Assembly: GCA_002633005.1 (NCBI GenBank)
Contig: NMRA01000342.1
Location: 1-64,000, forward strand
Length of the DNA stretch: 64,000 bases
Origin: Phoronis australis
Lineage: Eukaryota; Animalia; Phoronida
Direction of reading: 5' to 3'
The position numbers were made by a program, and so were the translations under genes. This document shows positions 13,701-26,419 of this stretch, in pieces. Below the pieces are notes generated by a model. It saw nothing but the letters and a program-made list of their open reading frames with translations, was not told where the DNA came from and did no database searches. How positions within the stretch are numbered: position 1 is the first letter of the stretch; every line of letters begins with the position of its first letter.

Positions 13701-14490
13701 ATCATCGTGACAATGGGGGATAATGTCATCAGCAACAGAGTGAGGTCCCTGGATGCCGTGGCCCCATGCTCCCATAAGGAAGCTGACACCAGAGTGTTTG
13801 TACATACAAGGTACGCGACCTCACAAGGTAGCAAGTCCACTATCATCAAAGCAAACGACACTGATGTTGTCGTCATAGCAGTGTCGACCATGCCATTGTT
13901 ACAACACCATGGGTTAGAACACTTGTGGATAGCCTATGGACAAGGAGCCAGTGCTCAGTGGATTCCCGTTCACAAGGTAGTTTCTTCTTTCTGGAGAAAG
14001 TCAGTGGTATCCTTTTCTTCCATGCTTTCACAGGCTGTGATTTGGTTTCAGGTTTTCGTGGCAAAAGAAAACATCTGCAGGGCTGACATAGGATGTGTGT
14101 GATGACGTTACTGAAACCTTCAAGAAACTCAGCTACTGTTCGGGAGAAATTTCAGAAGATGACCTGCAGAATCTGGAGAACTTCGTTGTCCTAATGTATG
14201 GCAGATCCAGTTCAGATAGTGGGGTCAACAAGGCAAGGTTGGATCTCTTTGCCTGCAAGCAGAGGACTTATGATGCGATCCACCAACCACAGATGCCGTG
14301 CTGCCTACCAAAGTCGGATCATCTGGAGCCAGGCGACTGTCTCGAACCCACAAACCAGCACTCCTGCTGACTGGGGTTGGATTCAATGTGATAAGTCATG
14401 GAAAATACACTGGGCAACCCTTCCACCAATAACTGCATGCTGAGGCTGCACTCGGAGGTGCAAATGTTTCCGAGCAGGACTTTCTTGTAA
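10798..14490 (+). mobile_element. Academ DNA transposon, internally deleted, right TIR not found
   Basis: Starts TAG (tagtgcaaaaaacacgtctactgtcagggcc), has subterminal caagatggcggccatttttcaagatggccgcc, and carries a decayed transposase downstream. Confidence 0.85.
11290..14490 (+). pseudogene. Academ transposase pseudogene (DDE core, XPG/PIN-like nuclease, C-terminal Cys-rich CXC)
   Basis: Collinear fragments across frames: SAVDNIDHNPTATTAQSSFHGT, AVDQPLFALAK, MFGRLHIEMAAL, PYFFASNNSNYARWLP, HQAHEQ, FFAHENQAAPASLS, IIDGSAL, HKEADTRVFVH, DTDVVVIAV, FHAFTGCD, GCTRRCKCFRAGLSC. Many stops and frameshifts. Confidence 0.9.
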
Positions 14491-14651
14491 CTTCCGTTAT
14501 TTACGTGCGCAACGTTCACTCATTTGGCCAACGATAGGAAATCGACAACATTTTGTGAGTTTTTTATCAAAATCGATTTTTACGCCTGAGGAAAGCAGTA
14601 GAAACTTTGGTCAAATGCCGAAATGGCCACATGGCTTTGATTTTGCTGGTG

Positions 14652-14847
14652 TACACCTTATTTACGCGGACGCTATTTTAAAAGTGAGCCTCTTTTCAGG
14701 TTTTAAAAGTAATGCATTCCGCGCTTAGTCACAGTGCAAAGCGTGATTTTTTCGCATGCCTCGTAAATATTGATGTCTCAAATGCATTGTTTTTTAAACC
14801 TAAAAAGAGGCTCAATTTTAAAATGGCGACTGCGTGAATAATGTCTA
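14652..14847. mobile_element. Palindromic MITE with ~60-bp TIRs
   Basis: ttatttacgcggacgctattttaaaagtgagcctcttttcaggttttaaaagtaatgcatt versus reverse complement ttattcacgcagtcgccattttaaaattgagcctcttttaggtttaaaaaacaatgcatt. Confidence 0.85.
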
Positions 14848-15763
14848 TTGCCACGCTTCTTTGGTGTGCCTGAATAAGACCCCTGATTACAAGGGTCAGC
14901 TAAATCTGTCCAGCTACCTGAGTAAGAAAATACAGAGTCAATTTGGATTACTGAGTAAATGGTATCAGAAGTGCCAGCCCTTTGTTCGTAGTTTGAAGCG
15001 TTTTGTTAACAGAGAACCAAACTTTCGAGTAAATTTAGCTTTTGCAATGTTGCACTCTCCTCCGAACGGTGCCATTTTACCAGATCTACCAAAGGGAGCA
15101 TGTAGCGAACGTAATGTTGAACAGAAGCATAGATAAGGATGAAGTGCGCAATTTCAAGTGGCTGCAAACGAAGCATACCGCATTTTTTAAAAAGAGGATC
15201 TCCTTTACAAAAAAAAATGGGGCCAAGATCCTCGAAGGATAAAACCAACACTGTCAGTGGACAAATATTCTTTATGTCTTCTCTCGTCTACATGCTTTGC
15301 TGTGTCAATCTGTTCTCGACAACCTGTCCCTACAACCCCCGCCCTACGCCTATGCCGATGGCCATGACTGCTTCATGATTTCAAATTTGTTGGGGCACTT
15401 AACATCTGGCACTTCTTACTCCCGGCTCCTTTGGCCCTGCTCTTCCCACCAACGTCTCGAGCGGGGGCCGCGCGTTCTCTTGCCTCAAAGACCTTTAAGA
15501 AGGTAAACATCCCTAAGTTGCATCTTGGTGCACAAACCCAGGTCGTCTTCGCCAAACTTCTTAAGAAACCCCAGAAACTTGAGTTACCATGCTTCAACAA
15601 AACTTGTCGCACATTGAAAATCAGGCACAACTTCAAGATGCACTTCGAGAGTCCGGTCTGGGGAAAGTTTGCATGACTTGGGTCATGCTATGAAGGGCTA
15701 CTTCTCCAGGCCAGGGTGCCTCGTTTGTGCGAGTTTTAACACCTTTAAATCAGCAATGGTTCC

Positions 15764-15990
15764 TTAACAACGCCGGTCACTTGTAGTCTGAAAACCAGTA
15801 TCATTAAACAATCTTTTAATCTTATCTGCTCTACCCGTATCCCATAAACATACCGTTTTAATAATTCTATCGTCGCTTAACGTCCCTGTCATGTTACAAA
15901 GTCGTAACATATTTAATACCAGTCCAGTACATTTAGATAACAAACGCATATCACCAAATACTACACAAACTTTTTTATTTGGCTTTGTTT
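15764..15990 (-). mobile_element. LINE ORF2 C-terminal fragment
   Basis: VFGDMRLL...LNMLRLCNMTGTLSDDRIIKTVCLWD...KIKRLF resembles the post-RT GDMGW..MLRLWNRL..MDD.RL.K.VF.WD segment of invertebrate LINEs. Confidence 0.6.
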
Positions 15991-16659
15991 CAACATGTCA
16001 CCACATTTTATCAATCCCAAATTTAATGGCTAAGTAGGAATTAATCGACACATCGGTTTCTTTAGCCAATGACGAACTAAAAATTATAGATTTCAGTTCA
16101 GTGAAAGTATATATTTTCTGAAAGTTTACACATTGCACAATTTATTGCTTTTAAACAATATGTAAATAATTGGGTCACAAATACCATACTATTAACAAAA
16201 CAAGGGCATCACTAAAATGACTAAATTTCTCTTACTATGCATGATCACGGTGAAATCTCAAAAATGCTGTCATAGTTTTTCATATTATCATTTTGTTTCC
16301 GTTTTTGTACTTTTGTTTTTTTTCCAAGAAAATTATCAATGAAGTATTTGTGTAGTCCTTCATACAAAAGGGTAGTACCATTTTATAGAATAGTGTATAG
16401 ATTATAGTATATGAAATTTTTTTGTGAACCTAAGCACTAATTTCTAAGATAAAGTGACCGAAATAAGCCCGAGTCTACATTCACCTAAACTTTTACATAA
16501 CCTTAAAGCCCTGGTACCACACGCTTTAACCCTTATTAGATTATTAGATGGTTAAAACATGTGATCACCAAGCCATCAATACCATCAGGTTAATCCTAAC
16601 GAAAATTTGGTGTTGTTGCCAAATAATATAATGTCAGTGTGTACTATAAGGAGAAAATT

Positions 16660-17575
16660 TTCGCCACCCCCTTGGGGAAAAAGTAAAACAGCAAATGCGT
16701 GAGGAAATTTTGAGTTTATTAACTAACCACTGTAATTAACAATTGACCATGTGTGGAATTTTAGTTTGTGTTTGCATGTGCCATCGGGGGCTCAGACCCG
16801 ACTTCAGGTTTCCGATTCAGACAACCGGCGCAATCCTAAAGGTATCTTTTGGCTATGTAATGCCAATCCCGGTCGATATGCGCGTGACATACTAGGCGAC
16901 CGGCAGTGGCGCTGCGCACTACAACTCCGTTTCCGTCGTCTGCTCCACTGTGCAATAAAGACATTTTTAATTCTTTATTTCAAAGAAAAACGGAAACTAA
17001 ATGACGATTTAGAAACGGAAGCAGCTGATACGATGTAAATTTTAGTCGAAGCTTTAATGAATTACTCCGAAACTCATAACTTTTTGTCAAACATCAAAAT
17101 TAAAACGATTTGCAAAGCAAGTGCGTGGTTAATGCCAAAACGAAGAATGATTTGGTCTTTTGGGCAACTAAGGACCGTTTCAAACACAGCAACGTTTGCT
17201 ATGAAGTCGTTGCACAAAATATAAAGCGTGTAGTAAATATTACGAAAAGAAGCAGGTTCGGACGTGATCGCTGTGGGCAATAAACAAGTACGTATATTAG
17301 CACGTAGTTTCCGTTGGAAGTGCCGTGGCGTACTGGAAGAGCACGCACGCGAAGACCAAAACGTCGTCAGTTCGAGTCCTGGCTATTATACGAGTATTCC
17401 ACTTGTACGCATATGCTCAGTGGTTTATCTTACGCTTTAAAAATCAAGGGAAATGCTTTCTTTTGAGGGAAATACAAAATTTACCCCTGGGCGGAAGGAG
17501 TAACCCCTCCTCCCGACCTCCCCCATTCCGAGCTATACGTCCCTACAATCGTGCTTTGCGTGATTGTCTAGGAGA
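16660..17575. mobile_element. Older terminus-less copy of the adjacent long hAT5-like element
   Basis: Collinear similarity to 17815-18735, e.g. gaaattttgagtttattaactaac / gaaatgttgagtttattaattaac, gggggctcagacccgacttca / gggggctcagatccaatttca, and atttggtcttttgggcaa in both. Confidence 0.85.
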
Positions 17576-17783
17576 CAAAGACACGGTCACGAACACGGAA
17601 CGGATAATAGAAAGGCACTCTTACATGCATAGTCCACTAGCTGAGCATGAGTCACGGTTACAGGAGAGGTCGGATGTAAGCCGACTTTTGTTTTTTAGTT
17701 TTAAGTACTTGGTGAGTCGCGTTTGGCTGTTTCCGAGACGTGTTTGAGAATTTATCTGGTGTGATAGCTGTACAGGAACTACA

Positions 17784-18777
17784 CATAGGCGGATTTGGGG
17801 GGGCCCAGGGGGGGCCGGCCACCCCCCCCCCCCCTTGGCTGCCGCAAAAAAATAAAACAGCAAGAGCGTAGGGAAATGTTGAGTTTATTAATTAACTCCG
17901 GTACTTAACATTATACGGCGGAAACAAGATATAAATGTGTGTAGTTTTAATGTGTTTGGGGGGCTCAGATCCAATTTCAAGTGTCAAATTCGGAACACGG
18001 CTCAATCGTAACGAAATTATGGCCAAGTATAGGCTCTCACGCGATATCCCAATGGGGCTGCGCATTACGACTCCATTTCCGTCGTCTTCTTCACTGTGCA
18101 ATGAAGAAAAATACTTCATTTTTTTAAAGAAAATGGAATCTGAGTGACGATGAAAAAACAGAAGCTGCTGGTAAGATTTGAATTTTAATCCAAGCTTTAG
18201 TGAATCACTCACAAACTCAAAATTCTCTCTTTGTCAAACCTTAACTTAAGACGATTTCCAAAGCACTCGCGTCATTAATGCCAACACAAAAAATGGATTT
18301 GGTCTTTTGGGCAATTGAAGGCTATTTTAAATACAACAAATTTGTTACGAACTGATTGCACAAAATATAACAAGTGTAATAAGCATTACAAAAAGAAGTA
18401 GGTTTCGCGCGCAAACGCTGTGGACCATAAACAAGTAGGTCTCTTTTTATCAATGTAGGAGTGAAATCGTGGTGGTGCAGTGGTAAAGCACGCGCGCTCT
18501 AACTGTAAGTTCGAGTCTGTGATAATCGTAGTTTTTCATGTTTGACACGTTCTCCATGTTTTTTTTTTTCTTTTTCTTTGCCTTTTTTCTTGGATAATAC
18601 TTCAGGAATCAAGGAAAATGCTTGATTTTTAGAGGAAAAAACAGAAAAATTTTCCTGGGCGAACCCCCCTCCCGACCCACCCCCATTCGGTGCTATGCGC
18701 AACTAATCGTGCTTCGCACAAATGTTTTCAGACAACATGTTGGGCCTCCCCCTTGTGATATCCTAGATCTGCCACTT
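17784..18777. mobile_element. Long (~1 kb) hAT5-like non-autonomous element with perfect 5-bp TSD CTACA
   Basis: ctaca|cataggcgga ... tctgccactt|ctaca. Its right end is the reverse complement of the left ends of 40819 and 47594. Confidence 0.85.
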
Positions 18778-20679
18778 CTACATTAGGTTTAATACGAAGT
18801 ATAGGTACATAGTCGTGTGATTTCGAAGAACCCAGAAAACGTTAGACGCCGTTTGCCTATGACCCGAACTCATTGAAAACAAGCAAACGCAGCGTCATTT
18901 GAAAACAGCAGTCATGCTATGAATGATTTATGACAAACATACATTACACTTAAAAATAGATAATATATTTTAAAAATCCCGAAACCATCGTCACGATGCA
19001 CTGACCCCGTATGTTAAATCATATTGAAGATGTTTTAAGTGATTTGTATTATGCCTCGACCACTAACCGTAAACTGACACTAAGGCCATGTAAGATCGAC
19101 CGTGTATTTAGCCAAATATTTACAAGAGAGAGTAGGGAGCCTCGGATATCCCATCTCCATCACTTCCTCCCCCTGGTGGTCGCCAACTTCTCACCCCTCA
19201 CCATACACTTGTAGACTTTGCTCTCTTGGCGGGTAATCCCCGTGAAAACAACCACTAGAATCTTGGGTACCCATGATTCAACAAATTTTGCGCGAAAGGG
19301 CCACCTTTGTACCTTAGTGAGTCACGTGTTATTCAGTTAGGACATGACTTCAACTTTTAATGGGAATATCTTTTATTTTGCATTATTAAAGTGCCAAAAA
19401 TGTAATGCCAAAGTCACTCTCTAGCGGAACGAATTTGATGTAAGAAACCACTACCGCAATCCGAGAAATACGGAAAGAAACGGCGTCAACTTGGACTAGA
19501 AAGACGGAAGATCCTGTCGGAAAGCTCGCTAATAGATTCGTCTTTTCCCGGTGTGGAAATGATGCCAAAGGTCAAGATTCGCTTTATAAAGGTAGAGTTT
19601 GGGAAAGTTAATTACATAAGACTCATACACTGAAGAAGTACATTTGCAATTTGAAATGGTGCAATCATAGTGGACTCCAAACAAGAGCAAAAGTCATGTA
19701 CTCTAACAATAGTTTTTCTCCACTAACATAAATAACTATATCATGTTGTCAACTTATCATATTACAAATAACTGAAAGTTTTTTTTAAATTGTCTTCTTG
19801 AGAAAAGAAATCATGAGGGCAGGCAGAAATAAAACAACAGGAAATCTTGGTGCTTCTCACAGAACTCAGGAACGTTCAGAACTGTGACAATTCAACAGCG
19901 TTTTTGCATACTTACTGTCGTGAGTCTTCGAGCTTATTGAGTTTTTGTGTTTTTAATTAACTAGAAACATAATAACTGGAATTCTGATGACAGTAAATAG
20001 TTGCCCACGTCCTTGTTGTTGAAATGCTTAACGGAATGAACGGAAAACTTTTTCCCCCTACGCTTTCCGCTTTATAGCAGTTGTTTTGGGTTCTGAGGCA
20101 TAAATCGACGACACGCGCATCGTTTGCTTAAAGATGGTTCAGGAATATGTACAGTGTACATACGTAAACGCGGTTTCCGTTCCAATCCAAATAAAAGCTA
20201 CAACTGCTACCACGCGTTTGTGACAAAAACGTATAATGTATCTTAATTAGGGGGAGCAATGCATACAGTCAATTACAATTACCAAAGCACCTGAGAGATC
20301 AGGTGTCATCAGCAACAACACCTTGTGTGTATGCGGGGTGCTAGGGCATTCATTAGCAACGACACCTTGTGGGTTTATCGAGTATGAAAATCCAAAGCGG
20401 AAAACTGCAGGAAACATATTATTATGCCACGTTTGAAAACAGTTCAAAACATTATTTTTACTCTGCAGGACCAAAAATAAATACCTCAAAACCAGAAATT
20501 TACTCATGCAAGAATTAAAAATAGTGACAGCAAGGCTGAATTTCTTTTTTCAACAGAAGCCAATATACATTTGGCCTTTTGAACACACTAGACATGACTA
20601 AAACTGAGCATTACAGGGATACAGGGGATCGTCATTGTCGAATAGGGGATGGTCACGTGGTTTCCTGGTGAGAAAATGT

Positions 20680-21560
20680 TGTGTACCGACGTTATAAATT
20701 TTCTGTCCTGGAGTAGTGAATTTTCGGTCCTGACGTATCAAATTACAGGTCCTGGCGTTATAAATTCTGAAATTTAGTTGCGTTTTGGGACCTCAGAAGT
20801 TTTTATTCAGTATATATAAAACACGTGTCCTTCCGCTTTGGTTTGCAATAATGGAGTGCTACCGCTCAACAAACACTATTAACAGGAAACAGGGAAGCAA
20901 CACCGCCTCAAGTATATAGGCCAATTTGGAAGAGCCATGGGCCATGTTAGTTGTTTTGTTGTCCTTTTTGATGGAAATTTGGTTTTCCCCAAGGGGGGTT
21001 TCCAGCACGATCAGTATTCATTTGGCACAGAAGTTGGAAGTGACGACGAAGACGAAGAAGACATTGATATCCAAAGCAGCAAATGTATCAAAGAATACTT
21101 CCCGATAGATATGGTTGAAATACCAACAGCAACTGCAGCAACACTAGTACACGAAGCCTCCGCTAGGAAGAGCCTGGTCACAACTGTTGGTCCGTCTGTT
21201 GGAGGACCGAAACTCTTGAGGACAACAGGAGCTCAGATGATAATACCGCTGGGAGCGCCCCCTCCCCCCATGGTGTGAGCACGAAGAAGGCGATGTGAAG
21301 GAGATAACCAAGAACGAAAAGAATAATACGATGATCATGGTGCTGATGGTATCAGTGCTGAAAGGGATGATACTGGTGATGAAACGGAAGAAATAAACTG
21401 CGCATGAAGCGTTTTACCCAATGCGCTACCCAATGATATGATACAGGCCGGTTCTACAATGTCAATCATGTGGACAGGGTGCCAATTCCCGTAGGTGTTT
21501 AATTAAAAGAGAGCGCGCAATCGCTGCTTAGCTCTGCTATACACTGTAAGTCAGGTACAC
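20680..21560 (+). pseudogene. Decayed coding island (acidic tract, possible C-terminal Cys finger) behind four ~23-bp repeats
   Basis: gtcctg(g/a)cg..ataaatt-like repeats at 20683-20768, tatataaa at 20813, broken ORF ...FDGNLVFPKGGFQ...SDDEDEED, and LQCQSCG near 21452-21476. Confidence 0.3.
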
Positions 21561-22329
21561 GAGTTGGGAATCGAGGCAGAGCTGTCAGTTTACAGGCCAA
21601 TGACCCAGAGTTACATAGTTATAAATAACCTCTTATTCACTACTTGACCACTTTGGTGGGGCTGCAAGAAAAATTGTCGTGCAATCGTTGTTTAGGACAC
21701 AATGCCTTATTTTAACATCAATTTTAACAGCGCAAAGGCGTGCTCCAAACATCAACAACTGTAGTTTGGACACAACACTTCGTTTTCAGGTATGGCAAAA
21801 ACGTGCACGAAGTGAATATGTGTTTAAGTAGGTATAACTATAAGTATTCATTTGTTGCATTCTTCCTCAATCTTGAGATTACCAGGGTAAAAACAAGAGG
21901 GCATCATCCTCCTGACAGCGCACGGGGAGGCAAAGCATCGCGTTCACGGTAAACAAAAGGCTCAAGTTCCAAAAATAGTAAAATAACACGACCAACGCCT
22001 GTACTGTGATTAGTACTAATTACCAACGCAATAGATTTGTGTTAAAAACAATTAGCAGCATTTTAAATGATATTTCTATCACAGTGTACATTTTAAATTT
22101 GATATTATTTTTGCCATGTCAATTTTATAATCCAGACGCGTACTGGCGCAATTACAAGTTGCCAATATAATTTAGACCTGAAAGATTACCCAACACTCAT
22201 CAGCAATGACACACACACACTGAGAATCAGACCAATCTTACACAATTATATTTTGAAATAAGTAACATTTAATTGCTATCGACTTCATAAAGTTTAGGTC
22301 CTTTAACAGTCAACACCGAGTGTTCACGT

Positions 22330-22960
22330 TTGAACATTTACTTAATTCCCAAACATGACTAGAAATGATTTTCAGACTAATCAGCAAATAATAAAGAGTA
22401 CATGTAGCCGATAACTTTAACATACCGTGCGGGCTCGTCACTCTTGACAGAGGCAGTGGTCGAAAACCGAACGAACCCGCATTGTGTAGGTGTGATAGAC
22501 GTATAAACTTCAAACAACGTTACAGAGATCTCCAAAGAGGCATTTTAAGTATTCTCCGCTGCACCAGCTTTTAATTGGTATTTGAAAGAACTTACTTACT
22601 GAACGGGGCATCACGTTTGCACTAAACAACGATACATCGATAACTCAAGAAAACGCGAGTGCGCGATTTCATCAGGTTTGTTACAGTACAGCGAGATTCC
22701 AGAATACCGGTCGTTAAACAAGTGCTCCAACACCACGTTATGTATTAAACCTACAATATTACACCATCGATGATTTAAAGACACTGTTTAGGACAAAAAT
22801 ATATCAAAGATATCAGTCGTGTGCATTTGTCGCCTTGACGTTGGTGATTAATTTGCTCAACTCCACATAATGCCGCCGTCGGTGAGTTCAACTTTATCAA
22901 TCTGTAATCTTGTCGTTACGAGGAAGCGCTCGAGTTCATTATATCTCTGTTCTAAAGGGG
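22330..22960 (-). mobile_element. Highly decayed LINE ORF1 (CR1/L2-type) remnant
   Basis: Minus-strand LEQRYNELERFLVTTRLQIDKVE resembles the ORF1 motif LE.R.N.LEQ..R..NL.I.G..E. Confidence 0.35.
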
Positions 22961-25634
22961 CAAATAGCGCCGTTATCAACTCCAGCAGTGTGTTTCATAG
23001 TTCAACGTCTGATGGTGAATAGTATCGATTTCTTAGCAAGATGTTAGTAAACAAATAATAAACCAAGGCGTACGTTTACGTTTATCGCTTTTGTTTTGAA
23101 AGTGCATATGATCGCCAGGGGTCGTTACTTACATGTACTTCAAGGTCGCCCGAGCACTTAATAATGTCTTATTTGTCTAGGAATCAAATGGTTTAGTCAC
23201 GATGAGGTTCACTCCTCGTTGTGGCAACTATTGGCGGGTACCGTGAAATAGCACTTCACACAACGCATCAGAAAATATCTGATGCCACGAAAACATTTGG
23301 TCAAACTTTTCTTCTAGAAGCGCGTTTCCGTAGAAATGCAAAAAACGTTAAAACAACCCACGTGCTAGAATATATACATGTACTACCACATTAAGTCTAG
23401 TTGCAACAGAAAATGAATCAAATTTTAGAAAACTTTAGGAATTACCTAAAGTTTAAAAAATGTGAGGAGGGGCCAAATTGTAATCACGAGTGCCTTAATA
23501 ATACTACACTACACTGTTGTTTGAATATTCTGCGCAATAAATATAAACACTTAACGAACAAATTTGTGTCAGTGTTTGAAAAAAACATTTACTTGCGTCT
23601 TGTTTTCATGCTAAGTTAGAGTTCCAAGAGAGTGAATTTTTATATCACTAGCAATTTCATTGGTTTATTTTTTAAATAAAGTCTTTGCTCAAATTCTAAT
23701 TAGTCGCCGGGCACGGGGATTAACACGTACTTTTTGGTGACCGGCATACTACGTATTTTAATGTGTTTAATGTTGGACGTTTTATGTATTTGAAAAATAA
23801 TGAGAAAGTGTTTGCGTGGAGATATACATGCAGAAACTGGGCAGACTGCTTTGAATTTTATATTGCCAGTTTCAAAACAGATATTATTTAGCCCTGTTGC
23901 TAGCAACTTGATGCCTGGCAGATCGCGCATTACGTCACGAGATATCGTTGCATGTACAATCGGAGCACATAATCACATCAGTATCCTTTGCGAGGTTCTT
24001 GTGTCTACGGAACTCAGCCTTGTTTTGTAGTTAAAAAACCCTTCATTCCCGTAGTGGAAGAAAAATGTCAATGAATTTTATAATACGTGTCTGAAGGTTT
24101 TGCAAAATGTTTTTAAATTGCTGAGTATTATATGATAACGCGGCATTAAACTCGGGTTCTCGGTCAAAAAACAAAATTTTGCTTAGGACAATAACTGGTA
24201 TCAAAACGGTTTCATCATTATTTTATGAGATGATAACTAGATACGGGAAAAACTGGTTATGGCTTTAGAGAAGGCTCAAACGTTTCAGCACAGGAAATGA
24301 TTGCAACCAATTTCGCTGTGACAAGAAGTTAATCATTTTTTTAGGATCGTATGTGCAGTTTATCGCTGTTTTAGCAGTAAACACTTGGCCCTCACTCAGG
24401 CCAATCGGTAAAAGGAAACTGAGGATTCACAATGGGAATACCTCTGAGCTATTGCACTTCACCAGTGGGTTTACTTGGAGCATAGACACACAGTGAAGAC
24501 TGCCCAACCAGAGAACCATTGTACCTACATCAGCCACATCTAGCGGTAGAAAGTAGAAGCTCGAGCTTTGAGTAGTGCGTGAGAAACGTTGTACTTTGCA
24601 GTGGTTAAATGTGTCATATTCCAAGCTCCTAAGCACCATTGATTCCCAGTCGTCAGAGAGCGAGTTGTTTTCATTCTTACTTTCACATTTTATTTCGTTA
24701 TAGAATTGAGATATACAAACGATAACATCAGTGTCCAGCAATCAAATTTGGTAAGAAAATATTAACTGACCTTGCCAGGCGCCCGACATCTTTTTCGTCT
24801 TGATCATGGCAAAGTAGGGTGGAAGAGGCTTATGACTTGAGGAACGATTGCCATATGAAGGGATGGAGATGTTTTGTATAAGTGGAAGTTGGTCGCCAGC
24901 TCAGTTGTCACAATGTAGATGTCCCTCGGCATTTCTGTATTAGGAAAGAAGACCCCGCTGCTTTGTGTGGCAACTGAGGCTGACCCGGTATATTGTTGTT
25001 GGATTTGGACAAAGAGACAGTAGCAACGCCGCCAGCAATAACTGTCAGACAGAGCCTGATCAATCTCGTTGTCCCCAAATAATTGAAATGGTCTTAATCT
25101 AGTTGCCAGCCCAATTGATAGCTCCCATAGTGAGCCCTGCAATGTTTATTACTGTAATGTTTTATTGAAATTTATTAAATATGATCAGAAGAACAAAATT
25201 AGCTTGGTGGCACTCAGTGCAACTATTAGCATTTTTGCAATTCAAGATGGCGGATTCCGCCATTTTGAATTTCGACTCACTTTGTTTTTTTTAACTTGAT
25301 GACAAACAGGGTCATGTGATACATTGTTTATACCATTTTGTGTGATGGGGAGTCCATTTCTGGTGTTATTTTATTAATACGGGTCATGTTCAAGGTCAAA
25401 CCAGAGGTCAAAAGCCTAGCAGCCTTCTGCCATTTAGTTTTTCATCTCATTATTTTTCATTTTCTTCGTTAACCTCTTCAAGATATATTTTCAAAATGCT
25501 CACTATTACATACATGTACTGTAGTGGGCCAAACATTTTGGTCACAAGTTTCATGAGGGTTGCATTGGCACAGTAGAGAAAGCATATGGCATGGAAATGC
25601 AGCAGTTAAATGCTGGTGCATCTAGCATGGTTAC

Positions 25635-25724
25635 TAAAAACCGGACGATCGCCGCACAAATAAAAAAGTTCGTGTTCAATTCGACGTGAACTTTTTTATT
25701 TGTGCGGCAATAGTCCGGTTTTTA
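25635..25724. mobile_element. 90-bp palindromic mini-element
   Basis: taaaaaccggacgatcgccgcacaaataaaaaagttc ... gaacttttttatttgtgcggcaatagtccggttttta. Confidence 0.85.
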
Positions 25725-25759
25725 ATCTTATTGTAGCCAAAAACTGATTTAAGTACGGT

Positions 25760-26400
25760 TACTGTAGATTACTCCAAAAACCCTACACTGAAAAACCTCT
25801 ACTCCGGAAAGAAAACACTACTCCGAAGAAACCTACGCCTCCTCCAAATATGAACGCATTTGTTTCATTTTGTAACACTAATACATGCGCGCACCCAGTC
25901 TAAAATATGGGGGCTCGAATTTTTGACAATGTGAACCTTTTTCAAACAAAAACACGGGACTAAAAACAGGATATCACGTCCAGGGCTATGAATTGTGCAT
26001 TCGCGTCTTTAGTGAACTTTTGTCTTGTTTTCTAAGACTTTATGTCGTTCGAGTCCCCCGATCCCCCTTGGGTGCTCGCATGTAATATGATACCTTTTCT
26101 CTCGATCAAGTGAACTTCAAAGAAGATAGGATACAAGAGTGGTTAACTACAAAGTCAGTAATAATGGAAGAAATAAGTCATTGGACTTCATTGTCCAAAT
26201 TTATTTCTGGGTGGGTATTTGTTAGTAGGTAACAAATTAATAAACTATCCGTGAACTTTTGAGGAAATTTAGGAAGATCGAGTAAAAAATCGTAGTAACG
26301 GTGTTTTTCGGAGTAGTGTGCTTTCGAAGTAGCTTTTATGTCGGAGTGGTGGCATGGGCCATCGGAGTATTAACCTTTTACACTCCAGTATAGGAAAGGG
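25760..26400. mobile_element. MITE with inverted subterminal motif arrays
   Basis: tactcc(g) repeated at 25770-25826 and (c)ggagt repeated at 26308-26369. Exact termini uncertain. Confidence 0.55.
25884..26082. mobile_element. hAT5-like MITE with perfect 5-bp TSD TAATA
   Basis: taata|catgcgcgcaccca ... tgggtgctcgcatg|taata. Confidence 0.9.
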
Positions 26401-26419
26401 TAGAACAGGTGCTCTGTAG

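Noticed and set aside
13164-14102. 312-aa ORF as an intact host nuclease gene
   Set aside because: It is one fragment of the frameshifted Academ transposase.
15000-15680. Cluster of overlapping ORFs including a YADG string, as a possible RT
   Set aside because: No other RT motifs in order and all frames are broken; probably TE debris but unassignable.
18466-18530. tRNA gene (also 7420-7490, 17320-17385 and 52750-52820)
   Set aside because: A/B boxes are present, but I could not fold a complete cloverleaf and all lie within repeats.
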